Positions 13,214 to 26,658 of a stretch of 64,000 nucleotides of DNA are shown here, piece by piece. The position numbers and the translations under genes were made by a program. Below the pieces are notes generated by a model, which was given only the letters and a program-made list of their open reading frames with translations, ran no database searches and was not told the origin of the DNA. This stretch comes from Ancylonema sp. (taxonomy: Eukaryota): assembly GCA_050230475.1 (NCBI GenBank), contig JBFLGF010000092.1, forward strand, positions 1 to 64,000. The letters are read 5' to 3'. The stretch's first letter is position 1; each line of letters begins with the position of its first letter.

Positions 13214-13432
13214 TAGGATGCGGGGAGCCCGGAGCCCAATGAGCCCGGAGCCCACAAGATCCGGGCTCATTGAGCCCGAAGCCCAAAGGTTGGAAAAATC
13301 ATAGCCTCCGAGTCCAAGGAGCCCAAAGAGGCCGAAGCCCAGATCGGAGCCCGAAGCTCGGAGCCCGGAGCCCATAAATGTTTGGCTCATTTGGGCGTCC
13401 TTGGGCTCAATTGGGCTCATCTGAGCTCATTT
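13214..13432. mobile_element. hAT-like MITE end with GAGCCC/GGGCTC repeats
   Basis: Starts taggatgcgggg, followed by a dense GAGCCC array in both orientations; no TSD found. Confidence 0.45.
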
Positions 13433-13892
13433 GGAAGCGAAATTAACAACTGGGAAAAAGGTTGATGGTTTAGGTGAGTCATGTTCGGGTTGGAGGGGTT
13501 GGATGATTTGGAGGAGCTTTGGAACTGAAGTGTGCATTCCACCCTACCTTCAGATGGTGACGTCTACGAAAGCAATACCACATCTTTTATGGGGGAGAAG
13601 CGTCCATTCAAAGAGGTCTTCATGTCTAGTTTGGGTGCTATGGACTTCACGGAATTTTACCTCTCATAATGAATTATATTTATTGAGCACTATTGGAAGT
13701 AGACCCAGTATTCTCACTAGCCTCACACGCTAGTGTGTTACATAAGTATTTCACACGATTGATCAATATACATGTTTTGTATTACTTTCACTCACTTGTC
13801 ACATATATTTGTCAGAAATATATTTTGTTCCAAAGGCACGCACTCTATCTTGTTTTTTGCTTAATATTGTCCGATAGGGAAATAGTAAACAC

Positions 13893-15565
13893 CAGGGTTG
13901 CACAATACGCACAATACGCTGAGTTAGCATACGCTAAATACGCGTACTGTTAGGGGCGGATGCAAAGACGTCCCTAGCAAGCTAGTTGCAATGTGCACAC
14001 AAGCAAGAGGATGGCGAAATGCCGGATAGGACAAGGTGGCGTGAGCCGGATTGAATGGTTGTGGTGTACTAATAACTCAAGACTGAGTGCAAGTACATGA
14101 GTTGATATGGATGCTCTAGAGGCATTCCTATCGGCTAGATATAGGAAAGTCGGCCCTAGCCGACTCTAGGAACGATGTGGGATAACTAACTCAAAATCGG
14201 CTAAGTAAACAACAAAATCTCGCTAAAGGCACAACAGCCTGAGCTAAGGACACATCAGAATACTCCCTAGGGGCCAGGCGGCCGCTAGGGACACAACTCT
14301 CACTATATAGGGGCATAACTCGCTATAGGGAAAAGTGAGCTAGTAGCGCTCTAGCGCTAAGTGTGGGGACCTCGCTAGGAGCCATAGTGACTATAGCGAG
14401 GGTCCTAACACGTATTGTGCTCCCAACGTATTAATACGCTAAAATACGCTTAAAAATACGCTTAATTTTAAACTAGTATTAATTTTCGGTATGATAGTGG
14501 AGGTACGAAAAAATTAACGAAAGCAAACAACATTGCGAGGTCCACGTTATTTAAAAGTAAAATAGTGAAAGTGAAATTAATTCGATACTGCACTGCACGA
14601 CGAAAATCATCTACATCTTCGCCATTAAACTTTATCCGACCGTCCAAGTTCAATATGGGATTGTGGCGGGACGGATAGGACAAAATACTCAATTTTCGAC
14701 GCCTTGCCTTGTATCATACAATTAGCCTCATCGTGCTCATGTGAGCGAATTTGGTATGTGTACGCTTTCATCCACCGCCCCATCCGTGATAGGCTTGATC
14801 CTCTGTGAGGTGCCAAACTTGTGCACGTGTTCACCGACTTGTGGATCCTTGAGAAGGTCTCGTCCCAGGAGTACGAGCGATAATTTTCCATGCAGCCCGA
14901 CAGTGACAACGAGTAGTCTCAAGAAGATGCGTGAAGGCTACTCAAGTTGTATGATCTCATCTTGACAAGAGGGAATAATGTTTTGAAGGTACTCTGAGGC
15001 ATTCTATTTTATTTTCAAAAGACTTGGTCGAGCGAATAGGCTTCGTGACGTTTTGATGAAAATCATGTAGCAAATGATGGAGTATGGTTCATGTATTTAC
15101 ATACGTAAATTGTTGTTTGTTGGATTCCAGTCTTGCATTTGTTGTTAGATTCTAGTATTACACTTTTTTGTAATACATTTTTAAAAAAAAAACAAAAAAC
15201 TTTGAGTTAAAACGGACTCACACGATCGATACTTTTTTGGAACTGGTTGTAAACGGAAATGGAGTAGAGTTTGATGAAACGTATGCAAATGAAATCAAAC
15301 AAAGAGAAGATGAGACGAGTGGTGTTAAAACATGCGCGTCATGTATTTCATAGATTAATGCCTTCGTTTTATGGCCAATTTGATTAAGGATAGGCAACCG
15401 GTGTTACCATTCTACTTCCGGATATGTATGGGTTATAAAACCGTGAAATGAAGCATATTTATTGACAATACGCGTATTTTCAAATCGCGAAAATTTTCAA
15501 TACGCAAAATACGGCATATTGTGACCCCATTGTATTAATAGCGTATTGCGTATTGTGCAACCCTG
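13893..15565. mobile_element. Non-autonomous hAT element, AATACGC family
   Basis: TIR CAGGGTTGCACAATACGC; perfect TSD GTAAACAC. Confidence 0.92.
13948..14410. mobile_element. Solo LTR of an unrelated family nested in the hAT element
   Basis: TGTTAGG..CCTAACA termini; 5-bp TSD cgtac/cgtat; interrupts the AATACGC subterminal array. Confidence 0.8.
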
Positions 15566-16916
15566 GTAAACACTCCTATGCAGTCTCGAACATCAATGGA
15601 AAAAAGAAGATGGAGAGTGAAAGATAATTACCATGCCAATCACTCCTAGTGATCCAAGTGAACATGATAAGTAATCTAGTACACAAATATGACCTTGAAA
15701 TTGTCAACTTCGCGGAAAACACTTGGGAGTTTCTCAAATTTTAAGTATAAATTATCAATAGTGTGATGAAGAGGGTGTGCTATTAGTTACCCGTGATGGA
15801 GTACCTACCTCTTCCAATGAAGATGTGAAATGGAAGCTTGTCTATACTCCGCAATGCACAGTGCATCGCTTTTTCCGTTCGATATTTCCTTGGTGCTCGA
15901 TGCTATTCAATTACGTCAAGATTATGTCCAACACCTCTTGAGCTATCAATTTTTGGACTTTCCTACTGTCATTGACCAGAACTGCGTTTTGTTTCGTCAG
16001 TGTGTATACTCAGATTGTTGCCAAACAGCAGCATGGCGCTCAAGCCCTCGATATAGTGTTGAAGGAGGACTTCAAAGAGCTCCCCGCCATCGTTTTGAGG
16101 ACTCCCGCATAACGATCCAAGCGATCCAAGAAATCCGTGGAAGATTGTGAAAGGGAGGATTCGGATGCGAGCTGATTGAAACCCTGACCTTCAAAGAGGG
16201 CGAGGCGCAGCGGAGTCCGCACCTCCCCTTCATCCGCCCACTCGTTTTCCTCCCCCGGTCCCCCACCCACTCCACTCGTAGTTGGGAAAGACCGTGTCAT
16301 TGTCGAAGTAGCGGAAAAAATAATGCACTAGTCATTGCACGGTGTAGAGAGCGTATGAGTTCGCACTCCTCACAATCGTTAGGAGTACCAAGATGTTTCG
16401 GGTAGAGGTCGACGACCTTTCCGCAAGATCTCTTGGTGCACATAAATCTCTAAAAGGAAATTGCAGCTGTGGTGTAAGTAGGGTTGTGAAATTGCCGTAA
16501 TTAGGATTTTGCCCGCGCAATTACAATGTGAATTTACGCTTTCACGCGTAATTCGCGTAAACCGTGATTTTGGAAGCTTCACATTACGCTCGGCCATTTT
16601 AGACACAAAGCTTCGGCGAAGTGTCGATATAAAGCCGGGATTTCCACTGACAAATGTGTGGAAACCAATAATCACGTACGGACTCGTCCGATTTCTATGA
16701 TCGTATTTACTCACAAGTGCTATCGTACATTGAAACAAACAAATGTACGGAAAAGTAAATTTGTCCTTTACCGTACATATATTTGTACAACATACGCTCG
16801 ATATACGCCAAGTGTTGTATATAATGTGTACGGTTATGTACGGTATGTGTACGATTACACATACAATTACTCTTTTGCCAGGGTAACGGCGATTCCGGGC
16901 CCGTCATGACCAAAAG

Positions 16917-17835
16917 CATAGTTGCATCCCGGACGCATAAATTTCGGACACGTCTGGAACGCGTCCGGCCCCGGACGCGTCCCGGACGTGTCCGGAGAGC
17001 CCCGGACGGTCCGGGGATTTTTTTTGCATAGCAGGAAAAAAAAAAGGTTTTCATTCTGAAGTCACACAAATATGGAGGTTCCAAAAATATGAATATCAGA
17101 TCATAGTGGGTCCCCGAGCCGGAAAATATGCGCTCCGGCTCCGAGCCGGCGCGCGCGCGCCGGGATCGTAAAATCCGCGAGCGGAGCGGGGCCCACAGGA
17201 AAAAACAAAAAACAAAATGGTAGCCCCGTCCCTCGCGAAGCAGTGGACTATTATCCTTGCGTAGTACTGTTTCATTACGCTTCGTATTCCGTCATTATCC
17301 CGTCCCCGCAATTCCCCCTTGTCGTTTGGAAGCTACAATTCTGTCGTTTAGCATGTCTCCCGTTCATCGTATTTTTCCAAACCATCGTTGTCCTCCCATT
17401 CCTTCAGTTTGTCGTTTGTGCTACAGAATCTATCACTTTTTTGAAGAAATTCCGCATCTGACGGCTGAGCATTGTTCAGTGCCCCGTCCCTCCCTCAGAT
17501 GTCGTCCGATTCCCGTAATGTCAGAAGATCTTTAAGATTCGCTACAGAATCTCTCAGGTGCCAGAAAAAAAAAACCGGATCAAACGGCCACAGTAACCTT
17601 CAGAATATGGTTACTATGTTCCGGTCGTCTTGCCCGAAGTACTGGTAACTGGTAACATTTCGATGTTTCGTTTTTGCCAGGCGGCTCGCGGACGCGCGCC
17701 GGCTCGGAGCCGCGCTCGCAAATTCCGCGAGCGGAGCGCGACCCACTATGTATTAGAGTTTGGCTGAGGCGTCCCGGGCCCGGACGCGTCCCGGACGCGT
17801 CCGGAGATATTTGGACGGTCCGGGACGCAACTATG
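16917..17835. mobile_element. hAT MITE, CCCGGACG family, middle layer
   Basis: TIR CATAGTTGCRTCCCGGAC; perfect TSD ACCAAAAG. Confidence 0.92.
17102..17750. mobile_element. hAT MITE, CATAGTGGGTC / GAGCG family, inner layer
   Basis: CATAGTGGGTC..GACCCACTATG; degenerate TSD tatcagat/tattagag; same family as 47906-55012. Confidence 0.85.
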
Positions 17836-18496
17836 ACCAAAAGTAGTGAATGGATGTAATTCGTAACGTTACCGAGGGTGTGCGTAATTGCGCGTCAAAA
17901 TGACGCGTAATTTATCGTCACGCGTAAGCGTCACGATAACGTTCACAACCCTAGGTGTAAGGTTGTTTATAATATGCCCGCCACATGCCCTATACATGCC
18001 CTAGGAAATGAGAGTCAACAAGGGAAAGATGAGGTTGAGCGGGGCAACAAAAAACAAGAGGAGAACATTGTCATTCTTCCACAAAGTTGTCAACCAAAAA
18101 TAGTTTGTAATATATTGCGTTCACTTCATTTTAAGCTTCCATTCTCAAACACCAAAACTCAATTGGTTTCCTCAACACACGTGCATATTCACATCCATGC
18201 AGTTCTCGATGACCACAATGCGAGAATGCTTTGTGGCACAGGTCCGATGCAAGAGCATTGAACCTGCGCCACAAAACCACCCTGTTTGGCCAATCCAAAC
18301 TGAAAGAAAATTGAACATACTCATTTGCTATTTCATTACTTGACAGGAACAAGGATGGTAAAATACGGAACGCATGAAGCAAATATATTTTTCTTTTATC
18401 ATCTTGCTGTGCTAGTGGGTTGTCTTGTAGCAACAAAAAAACATTCGTATCACGCGCAATGGAAGCAATGAACATTCGGACTAGCGCCTCAACATT

Positions 18497-21400
18497 CTTG
18501 TAATGTCGTGATCGATTGATTCATGGGTTGATTAAGAGTTGAACTTTATTCAAGGATGGCAGAAGAAAGTTATCACAGTGGTATCAAAGCAAGATACTGC
18601 ATATTGTAATGGAGAGAAATTCCCTTTTCAAGCATGGCGATCTAAGGCCTCAACAATCTTTGATGATGCTGACAGTCTTGATATCTGCAAGGGCACAGAG
18701 GTGGCACCAGAAGAAGTGGTTGCTAGATATGATGAAGAGGAATGGCCACTAAACGAAGCAGAAATGGATGAGTACTTTGTCGATCTAAAGAGAAAAAGGA
18801 CAAAAAAGGTTGTCATGCTGATCATGTCACTTGTCAGTGAGGATATTGCTACTGTGCTGGAGCAGTTCGAAAGAGACCCCAAATCAATGTGGGATTACCT
18901 GAAAGAGGAATATGACAAAGTAACTCGAGAACTTCGACAGCTCGCCAAGGAGAAGCTGAATTCATTCAGAGTAAATGAAAAGCCGTCAGCTCGAGATATC
19001 AAGCTGGAGTTCCTGTCGATTCTGCGAGAGGGCACACACCATAATTACAAAGTCAGCAAGGAAGACCAGGTGATTACGCTGTTTGCCGGGATGGCAAGAA
19101 CAAAGTATGGACTTCTGAAGCGGCTCCACTATGGACAGAAAGAAGCACCTGGGATCGACTAGATTTGGGCGCAGATGGGAGTCGACGAACTGGATGACAA
19201 GAAAGATCAGGAGGTTAAAGATGCAAAAGCGCTGGTGGCTGAAGCCAACTATGCCAAGTGGACATCTCGACAAAATTTATATAGCCGAAACAGGGGTGGT
19301 GGCATCGACAATCGAGGAGGCAGGGGTGCAAGCATAGGAAATTTTGGAAGCAGAGGTGGCCTAGGAGGACAAGGTGGCAGCAGTGGATCTGGTGGAGGTC
19401 ATGCATGCTATACATGTGGGGAAACAGGCCATTACAGTCGAGACTGCACGAAGAAAGATGCTGAGTGCAAGTACCGTGGAGCGATCGGCCATGTTGATTA
19501 ACTTGCATCGACAAAAAGAATGAAGCTCCACGCATGCAGAGAAAGGGAGTGCGCAGAAGAAGAAAATCTGCTTTTGTCGGTGAAGCTAAGGTCGAAGAAG
19601 ATGACTGCTGCGGGCATGGTGAAGCCGTCGTTACAGAAATCTGCGAGGGGAATGTAGCAGACCATGATGATGCAGAAAAAGGCTTTCTCTTTGACGATGG
19701 CCCCATTCATCATTCAAGTGGACATAAAGGCCATTTCAAGACTCTCGAGGACATTCCACATGCGGTTATTGTGCATCACCTTGTCGGCAGTGTTCTTGTC
19801 AAGCAATGGGGAGCAGTCGAGCTCAATACAGAGGGAGAATGTGGCGGAGTGACTCTTTAGAAATGTCTGTACATCCCTGGCATGCGAGTAAATTTGTTTA
19901 GTGGGCAAAAAGCATGGGAAGCAGGCTGGTCGTATACCGGCAGTGGCAAGGCCGGGGGCATAGTTAATGTCTTCAAAAAAAAAAGGAAGCAGGTCTGCAC
20001 GCTGCAGGAGACATCGACAGTTCGCAAAACTCTGATCTGCACTCTAGTTCGACATCAAAAATGCATTGAGCGGGAGGTTGTGGTAGCCGCTATCGACATC
20101 AATCGACTTCACACGAGACTAGGGCATGCGAATGAAAGGGTGCAGAAAAATCTGTTTCGAGATGAACTTGTGAGAGGACTTGAAGGTGGAATTTCAGGGG
20201 TCATGAAAAATTGTGAGGGCTGCAAGCTAGGTAAAGCTCATGACAAACCCCATCCACGTCGAGAAGCAAGTGCAGGAGAGCAAGTGTGCCTGGGAAGAGT
20301 GTTGGTGGATCTGGTAGGGCAAACTTCCTCAACCTCAAACCTGCATCGATTAGGGGTGGGAACTTCAACATGGTGATCGTCGATGAGTTCAACATAAAAT
20401 CATGGGTAAAAATACTTCGACACAAAGATGATGCAGGCCCTCGTCTGAAGCAATGGATTGCAATTCAAGAGAGACAATCTGGGAAGCCAGTGAATAATAT
20501 GAGATCTGATCGAGGTGGAGAGTTCATCGACGGTGACTTCGGAAAATGGTTAAGAGGCAGAGGGGTTAGACATGAGACAACGCCACCAAAGACACCTCAT
20601 GGGAATGCCATCAAAGAAAGGATGAATCGAACTTTGCAAGATAGAGCAAGATCGATGCTACAACTCATGCAAGTCAATGAAGCAATCTCCTTCACTTCTT
20701 ACCTTCGAAATCGTTGCCAAGTCAGCGGTCTCTCCAAAACACCCGAGGAGATGTGTTGAGGAGTTGTTCCAATAATTGATCATCTCCGCTCGTTTGGCTG
20801 CAAAGTATACGTCAGACTTGAGAAGCAAGAAAGGGAAGGGACAATGGGAGCTCTGGCGTGGATGGGAGGGCTGGTCGGCTGGAACTCCAAAAATCCATGT
20901 CATCGAGTGTGAGACCTTGTGTCAAACAAAGTTCACAATGTCGGAGCTGCACATGCAGATTTTGATGAGGAGGTGAAAGTTGGCTGGTGGTGTGGCCAAA
21001 ATGTTGGGAAGTAATGAAAAGAGCATGACATCTAGGAAGTTTTAAACATGACATGGCCAGATTTGCAAGAGAGTAGCCACAGACTGGAAAGGGGCAATTC
21101 TAGAAGTGGGCAGCAGGCTCAAGAAAATTTGAATTTTGTCGATGAACAGATCCCCGATGCTGTGGGAAATCCCTTACCTCAGAATCAATAACTTATAGAA
21201 CTTGTCAGCAACTCAAGTGGGAGTGATGATGATCATGATGTTTTGGAAGATGGACCTGAGTGGAACCCCGACGATGCTACTCCAACAAATCCTTTTGGAC
21301 CTGGTGATGATGATGTCGATGATGAGTCCTCATATATTCCTTCTCTTCCTCGACGATCTTTGAGGCCGAACAGAGGTGCTCCTCCGAACGGATTCGCTGC

Positions 21401-23368
21401 AGCGTTTGTTGCCAACGTGGAAACAGAAGTGAAAACTCCAACATTTGTGAGAGAGGCACTCGAAAGTCTAAAGAGAGCTCACTAGGAAGCAGCTATGGCA
21501 GCATAAATGGGAAGCTTGCAAGAAAATCAAGTCTATCGATTGGTTCCTCGGCCAAAGGGAAATAAAATTGTCAAGTCAAAATGGGTCTTCAGGGTAAAAA
21601 ATAATGCAGATGGAATTGTTGAGAAATATAAAGGCAGGGTAGTTGCGAAGGGTTTCAGCCAAGTTGAGGGAGAAGATTATGATCACACATTCTCACCGAC
21701 AGTGCGTTTTGAAAACATCAGACAACGATGGGGGCTTCAAAGGGGATGCACATGCATCAGATGGACGTCGCGACAACTTTTGTGTATGCACCGCTAGAGG
21801 AGGAGGTGTACATGGAGGCCCTAGATGGCACGTGTGGTCCAAGAGAGGAGGATCTGGTGTGGCTGCTGCTCAGATGTCTGTATGGCCTAAAACAAGCACC
21901 GAGGGGATGGGAGCAGCACATTGACGACGTGTTGAAAAAGCTCAAATTTCATCGTCTTGCATCTGACTTTGGGCTGTACATTATGGGAGAAGGAGATGAT
22001 GCCTCGTACCTGGCGCTGTATGTCGACGATGTTTTTCCACTGTGTGTTCAGCTGGAGAAAATATTTGGAGTGAAAGGAGGGCTGAATGCCAGGTACAACA
22101 TGAAAAATCTGGGTGAGGCGAAATTTTTGTTAGGGTTGGAGATCAGACGGCAGCCAAATGGCAATGTGTTCCTGTGCCAAGAAAAGTATGGCAAAGAGCT
22201 GCTCAACAAGTTTGGCATGGAGAACTGCAACTCAGCAGCCACCCCTCTCGAAATGGGAGTCAAGTTTTTTGCAAATTTGGGAGATTTGGATGAGGCTGCA
22301 CGTTTAGAGCGAGTGGGGTACAAGTCAGCTATGGGAAGTTTGTTGTATCTAACTTCACGGACACGTCCAGATATGGCAGTTGCTGTAATGGAGAGTTGCT
22401 AATTATTGGTTATTCGGACGCCAGCCATGGTGATGATGTCGACACCAGGAAAGGCAAGGCAGGTTATATGTGTTTCTGAGTGCTGGGGCGTTAGTAAGCT
22501 GGAAAAGAAATCTTTTGGAGACAGTTACTCACTCTAGCTGTGAGAGTGAGTACCTGGATCTCAGTTATGCTAGCAATGAGGCAATCTACCTCAGCCAAAT
22601 GCAAGGAGAGCTTGGTGTTGGGGGGAGAGGTGGTGTTTTGATTCTTGGTGATAATGAGAGCTCGATGAAGTTGGATGAAAATCCGGTGTTTCATAAACGC
22701 TCAAATCATATTGAGATCAAGTGGCATTCTATCAGGGAGAGGGTGGCAAATAATTAAAAAAACGAGTTTGTGAAACGTGAGGATCAGGCTGCTGATATGA
22801 TGACAAATGTTGTCCCTATCAAAGTTTTGAAGAAGAATTGTGCTTTAATTGGGTTGGTTGAAGAGGAATGATTTCATTTTGTGAGACTTGTTTTGTTTTG
22901 TAAAAAATCGATATAATGTTTAATCGTTTTTTGAGGGGGAACACAAAAGTACCCAGGGAGGGGGTGTTAGTTATTAGGGGCTATGAAGATCGATTTGTCC
23001 GATCCGTTCGCTGTAGTTTGAGTTCATGTCGTTATTCACCAAATGCCGGCCGAACTTGTAAGTAATGATTGTGTCGACAAGTTATGGCCAGTCAGCATAA
23101 GTGTCGATAAGTTTTAGTCGATGTGGCAGAATGCTTAGCTGTGATTGGTGTTGACTGAGATAGCTTCAATATGTTGACTTAGACATTATGTCGATTACAC
23201 TCAACTGTACTAAGTGTGGACTTGCACGCAAGATCCTGTGCTCAGATTTTCTATCTCAAGCTTGCACTTTTGTTGTGTTAATGCTTGTAATGTCGTGATC
23301 GATTGATTCATGAGTTGATTAAAAGTTGAACTTTATTCTTGCAAAGATGGCACAAGAAAGTTCTCACA
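18497..23368 (+). mobile_element. Decayed Ty1/copia LTR retrotransposon, 5-prime LTR truncated
   Basis: LTR remnant 18497-18577; PBS TGGTATCAAAGC (Met-i type); gag with CYTCGETGHYSRDC knuckle; integrase (LHTRLGH..CEGC, RSDRGGEF); RT (SKWVFRVK, QMDVATTF, LYGLKQAPR, LYVDD); RNase H (KRSNHIEIKWH); PPT agggaggggg; 3-prime LTR 22965-23368. Many stops and frameshifts. Confidence 0.95.
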
Positions 23369-23415
23369 ATCATTACCAGTATCACTATCACTATCGTTAT
23401 CGTTATCATTATCGT

Positions 23416-23605
23416 CATAGTTGGCCGCGTACATCTAAAATCGCGCACATGTGCGCGCCCAACTAGGCGAAACAATTACGAGGGAGAGAGGCCGCTTACT
23501 ACCATGAGCGGCGGCTTTCCAAATTTGGATTTTCAAGAGGTGCGCGATGCGCACAGGTTCCGAACATGTGCGCCAAACCCGCCCACATGTGCGCGCCCAA
23601 CTCTG
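23416..23605. mobile_element. hAT MITE, GCGCACATG family
   Basis: catagttggccgcg..gcgcccaactctg; TSD attatcgt/gttatcgt. Confidence 0.8.
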
Positions 23606-23914
23606 GTTATCGTTATCATTGTCGTTTTAGTTCTCGTTATATTTTTATCCGTATCGCTATCCGCTCATTGGTGCTCTATATCTTAAAAATGGAATGAAAA
23701 ATGCCTCATTGATTTTCATTTTCATTGGTCGGCATTATAGTTAGGCTTGTTCCGATTGTGAAGTGTGCGATCCGGGTCCGATCCGGATCAGACCCGATCC
23801 GTAACCGATACAAATTGGTGTGCCACTCATCAGGTGAAAATCGATGGGAGCACGAAAATGCACAAAAAAAAAAAAAAAAAAAAAGGGAAAATAAATATAA
23901 TGTTTTATTGTGGC

Positions 23915-24149
23915 CATAGTTGGGCGCGCACAACTAAAATCGCGCACATGTTCGAAACATGTGCGCTCAACCCCGCGCACATGTGCGCGCCCAACTAGGA
24001 GAAAATATGTATACCATAAAAAAACCTTCTACCCTTGCTACTATGAGCGGCGGTATTTAACTTGTCGAAATATCAAATTTGGATTTTGCCAAGAGGCACA
24101 TGTTCGGTCATTTGCGCCAAACTCGCGCACATGTGTGCACCCAACTGTG
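23915..24149. mobile_element. hAT MITE, GCGCACATG family
   Basis: catagttgggcgcgcaca..gtgcacccaactgtg; TSD attgtggc/gtagtggc. Confidence 0.8.
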
Positions 24150-24163
24150 GTAGTGGCCATACA

Positions 24164-25851
24164 TAGGGTTGTGCAAACTTAAAAACTATAACAACTTAAG
24201 AGCCTTGATTAAGGTTTTAAAATGAAGGTTTTAAACCCCTTGGATTTTAAGACCCTTAAAAACCCTTAAAATGTGGTTCCTTAGCGGTTCCTTAGTTTTA
24301 AAACCCTTCAAAACTCTACGTAATCATTTAGGTTGCATACCATGTAAAGTGCAGATCGTCTATTTCGTTCGGCTGCCTCGTTCCTTAGCGGCTGTTTGTT
24401 TGCACATCTGTCACGCAAGGGATTCTTAGTGGATACTGAACTAATGAAATGTCAGGTGGCGAGTCCGTTGATGCTTTTCATATACTTCGTCAAGCTCCTG
24501 CCGCACGAAAAGGGGGAAGGCCATTGGGGCCATGTGGGAACAAGAAACGAAGTTGGAGAAGAAGAACACAATTTGGTTTTGGGCGTCGTGTACCGCATGC
24601 TTCAAAGCGGGTCAATTGGACGGAGTTCATATATGTATTGTAAAACTATGTTGTCTTCGCCATCGCTTTATTGTCGACTTTGTTGAATCTTGTCGCCTTC
24701 GCAATATATACTAAATTCAAACCCGGGAAATGCACGAGGAGAAACAAGAGTCGGGGGGGCAGATGAGAGGATGAAGGCGCACATTCGAAGTTGTGCCATT
24801 TTGACAGATAATCCGAAGGCCGCTATTCTTGGCGTAGAATCAATACAAGTTGATGGAAGCGGTGGCAGTGCCAAACAGTCCAAATTGCGCGTGATGAAGG
24901 AGAATCTATACCTTTTGATGAGGAGAGGTTGTAACACTTTCACACGGCTTTCCTTCAGGCGATCCTTTCAGCCCTAGTTCATTGTCTAATCGAATGCCTT
25001 ATGTGGTTCTAGAGTCGTTGTTTGGGGAGGGAGAGTCTATCGATTATTAAGAAATAATCGATCGATGTGGGGTCATTGTTTACACTCGAGAACGAGGTTG
25101 CATGGGTTTGCAAGATGGTCTAACACATTTAGAATGTAAATTCAACGTCAGGTTCATGATTGTTTTTTTAGTTATAGACTCGTCTTATAAAGACCGAGAG
25201 TCATTTTCGTTTTAGGATGATATAGATCATGAGAGCAAGAGTATTTGTGAGCCTTTTCAATCATGGTCTACGAACATTATGATGCCGTTTATCACTACCC
25301 GTACTGGCCACACATAATTACCCGCAAATAATTATGAGAAGGGTGAGTCGGGTCAAATTAAATAATCCAATTTTTTCAAAAAAGTGGGTCATTCTATAAT
25401 GTGGGTCACCAGATAATAAATATTTTTTTAGGATTTTTATATTTTTTTAATTGGATGTTCGGGTTGGTTCAAGTGGTGGTTTCTTAGTTAAATTAATTCG
25501 TTTCTTAAAAACCGGGTCATTATGTATGGCCACTACGGTATATATCCATATCGTGAAATTGCGATAAGAAATAGTGGTTATGGCTACGTATAGTAGTCAT
25601 CGTTTTCCTTGTACATGTTTTTGCATGAGAATAACAAAGACGTATGAGATACTAGCACGACCTCACACACATCAATGGTATTTTCCCTTCAAAAATGACG
25701 GTTTTAAGGTCGCCAATGAAATCAGTGAGTTGAATTGGCTCCGAAAATGCCTTTTTTGTGGATTATCAACAAGTAATGGTTTGTAAGATTTTTAGTTTTT
25801 ATGGTAATTAATGTACCACGGGGGTTTTAAAGCCTTTAAAACCCAACCCTA
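24164..25851 (+). mobile_element. Internally deleted hAT element with BED-finger remnant
   Basis: TAGGGTTG..CAACCCTA; TSD gccataca/accataca; peptides WEQETK..WASCTAC and ERMKAHIRSC resemble a BED zinc finger; AAACCC subterminal repeats. Confidence 0.75.
25298..25538. mobile_element. Tc1/mariner-type MITE, intact copy nested in hAT
   Basis: TA|cccgtactggccacacataattacccg ... cgggtcattatgtatggccactacgg|TA. Confidence 0.85.
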
Positions 25852-26658
25852 ACCATACATAATGACATGAGTTTAAAAAGAATAAAAAATAAAAAATCGG
25901 GACTAGCTTGACCCAAACAAACTTTGTTTATTATCCCGTGACCCGAAATAATGACCCGGGAAATAATATATATATTGTACCGTGACCCAGCAAGACAAAT
26001 GTCCCACCCCAAAACTACGCGTATTTTTCACCGCACGAGTACCGCACCTATCACGGTAGTGTAAATGCTTAAACCTTAAACCCTCGGGTGAAAGGAGCGG
26101 AGGAAGCTCTCGGCCCTATAGCAGGGTATAAGTTTTGGACACGAAGTGTCGGCCTTGAAATGTCTTGTTATATTTTTTAATTAAAAGAGGTACATTATAA
26201 AAAACAAATATTGGCATATCCCATCCAATTGGGAAAGAAACACTAATAATATTTATATAAAATGAAACATTGTTTTTACTCCCTAATATTGAAGACATTC
26301 ATGAATTTAACGTTGCACAATCATCATTTTGATGGTAATGTGCAATTCACAAGATACAACTACTCCACATTATACTACTAAATTGTAGAAATCCGATACG
26401 AAATTTCGCAAAAAATAGACCAATGACGATTTGGCTGCTACCGGACCACGATTGAACCTTGGGCGACCGGGGTTCAACCACAGGTGTATTTTAGAATGAA
26501 AGAAGGTAAATAAATTATATTTATATGATGTTGACCCACTATGCCGGAGTTCGGCATTCATGGCGAGACACACTCGGAGAAAGTGAAATATTTGATTTGA
26601 CCCGACCCACCCTTTTCATAGTTATTTGCGGGTCACTATGCATGGCGAGTACGGTAGT

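Larger units (their letters stand above)
16479..17953. mobile_element. hAT MITE, CGTAATT family, outer layer of a triple nest
   Basis: TIR TAGGGTTGTGAA/TTCACAACCCTA; perfect TSD GGTGTAAG. Confidence 0.92.

Noticed and set aside
14468..14965. Short ORFs inside the AATACGC hAT element
   Set aside because: No recognisable transposase or host motif; frames are interrupted.
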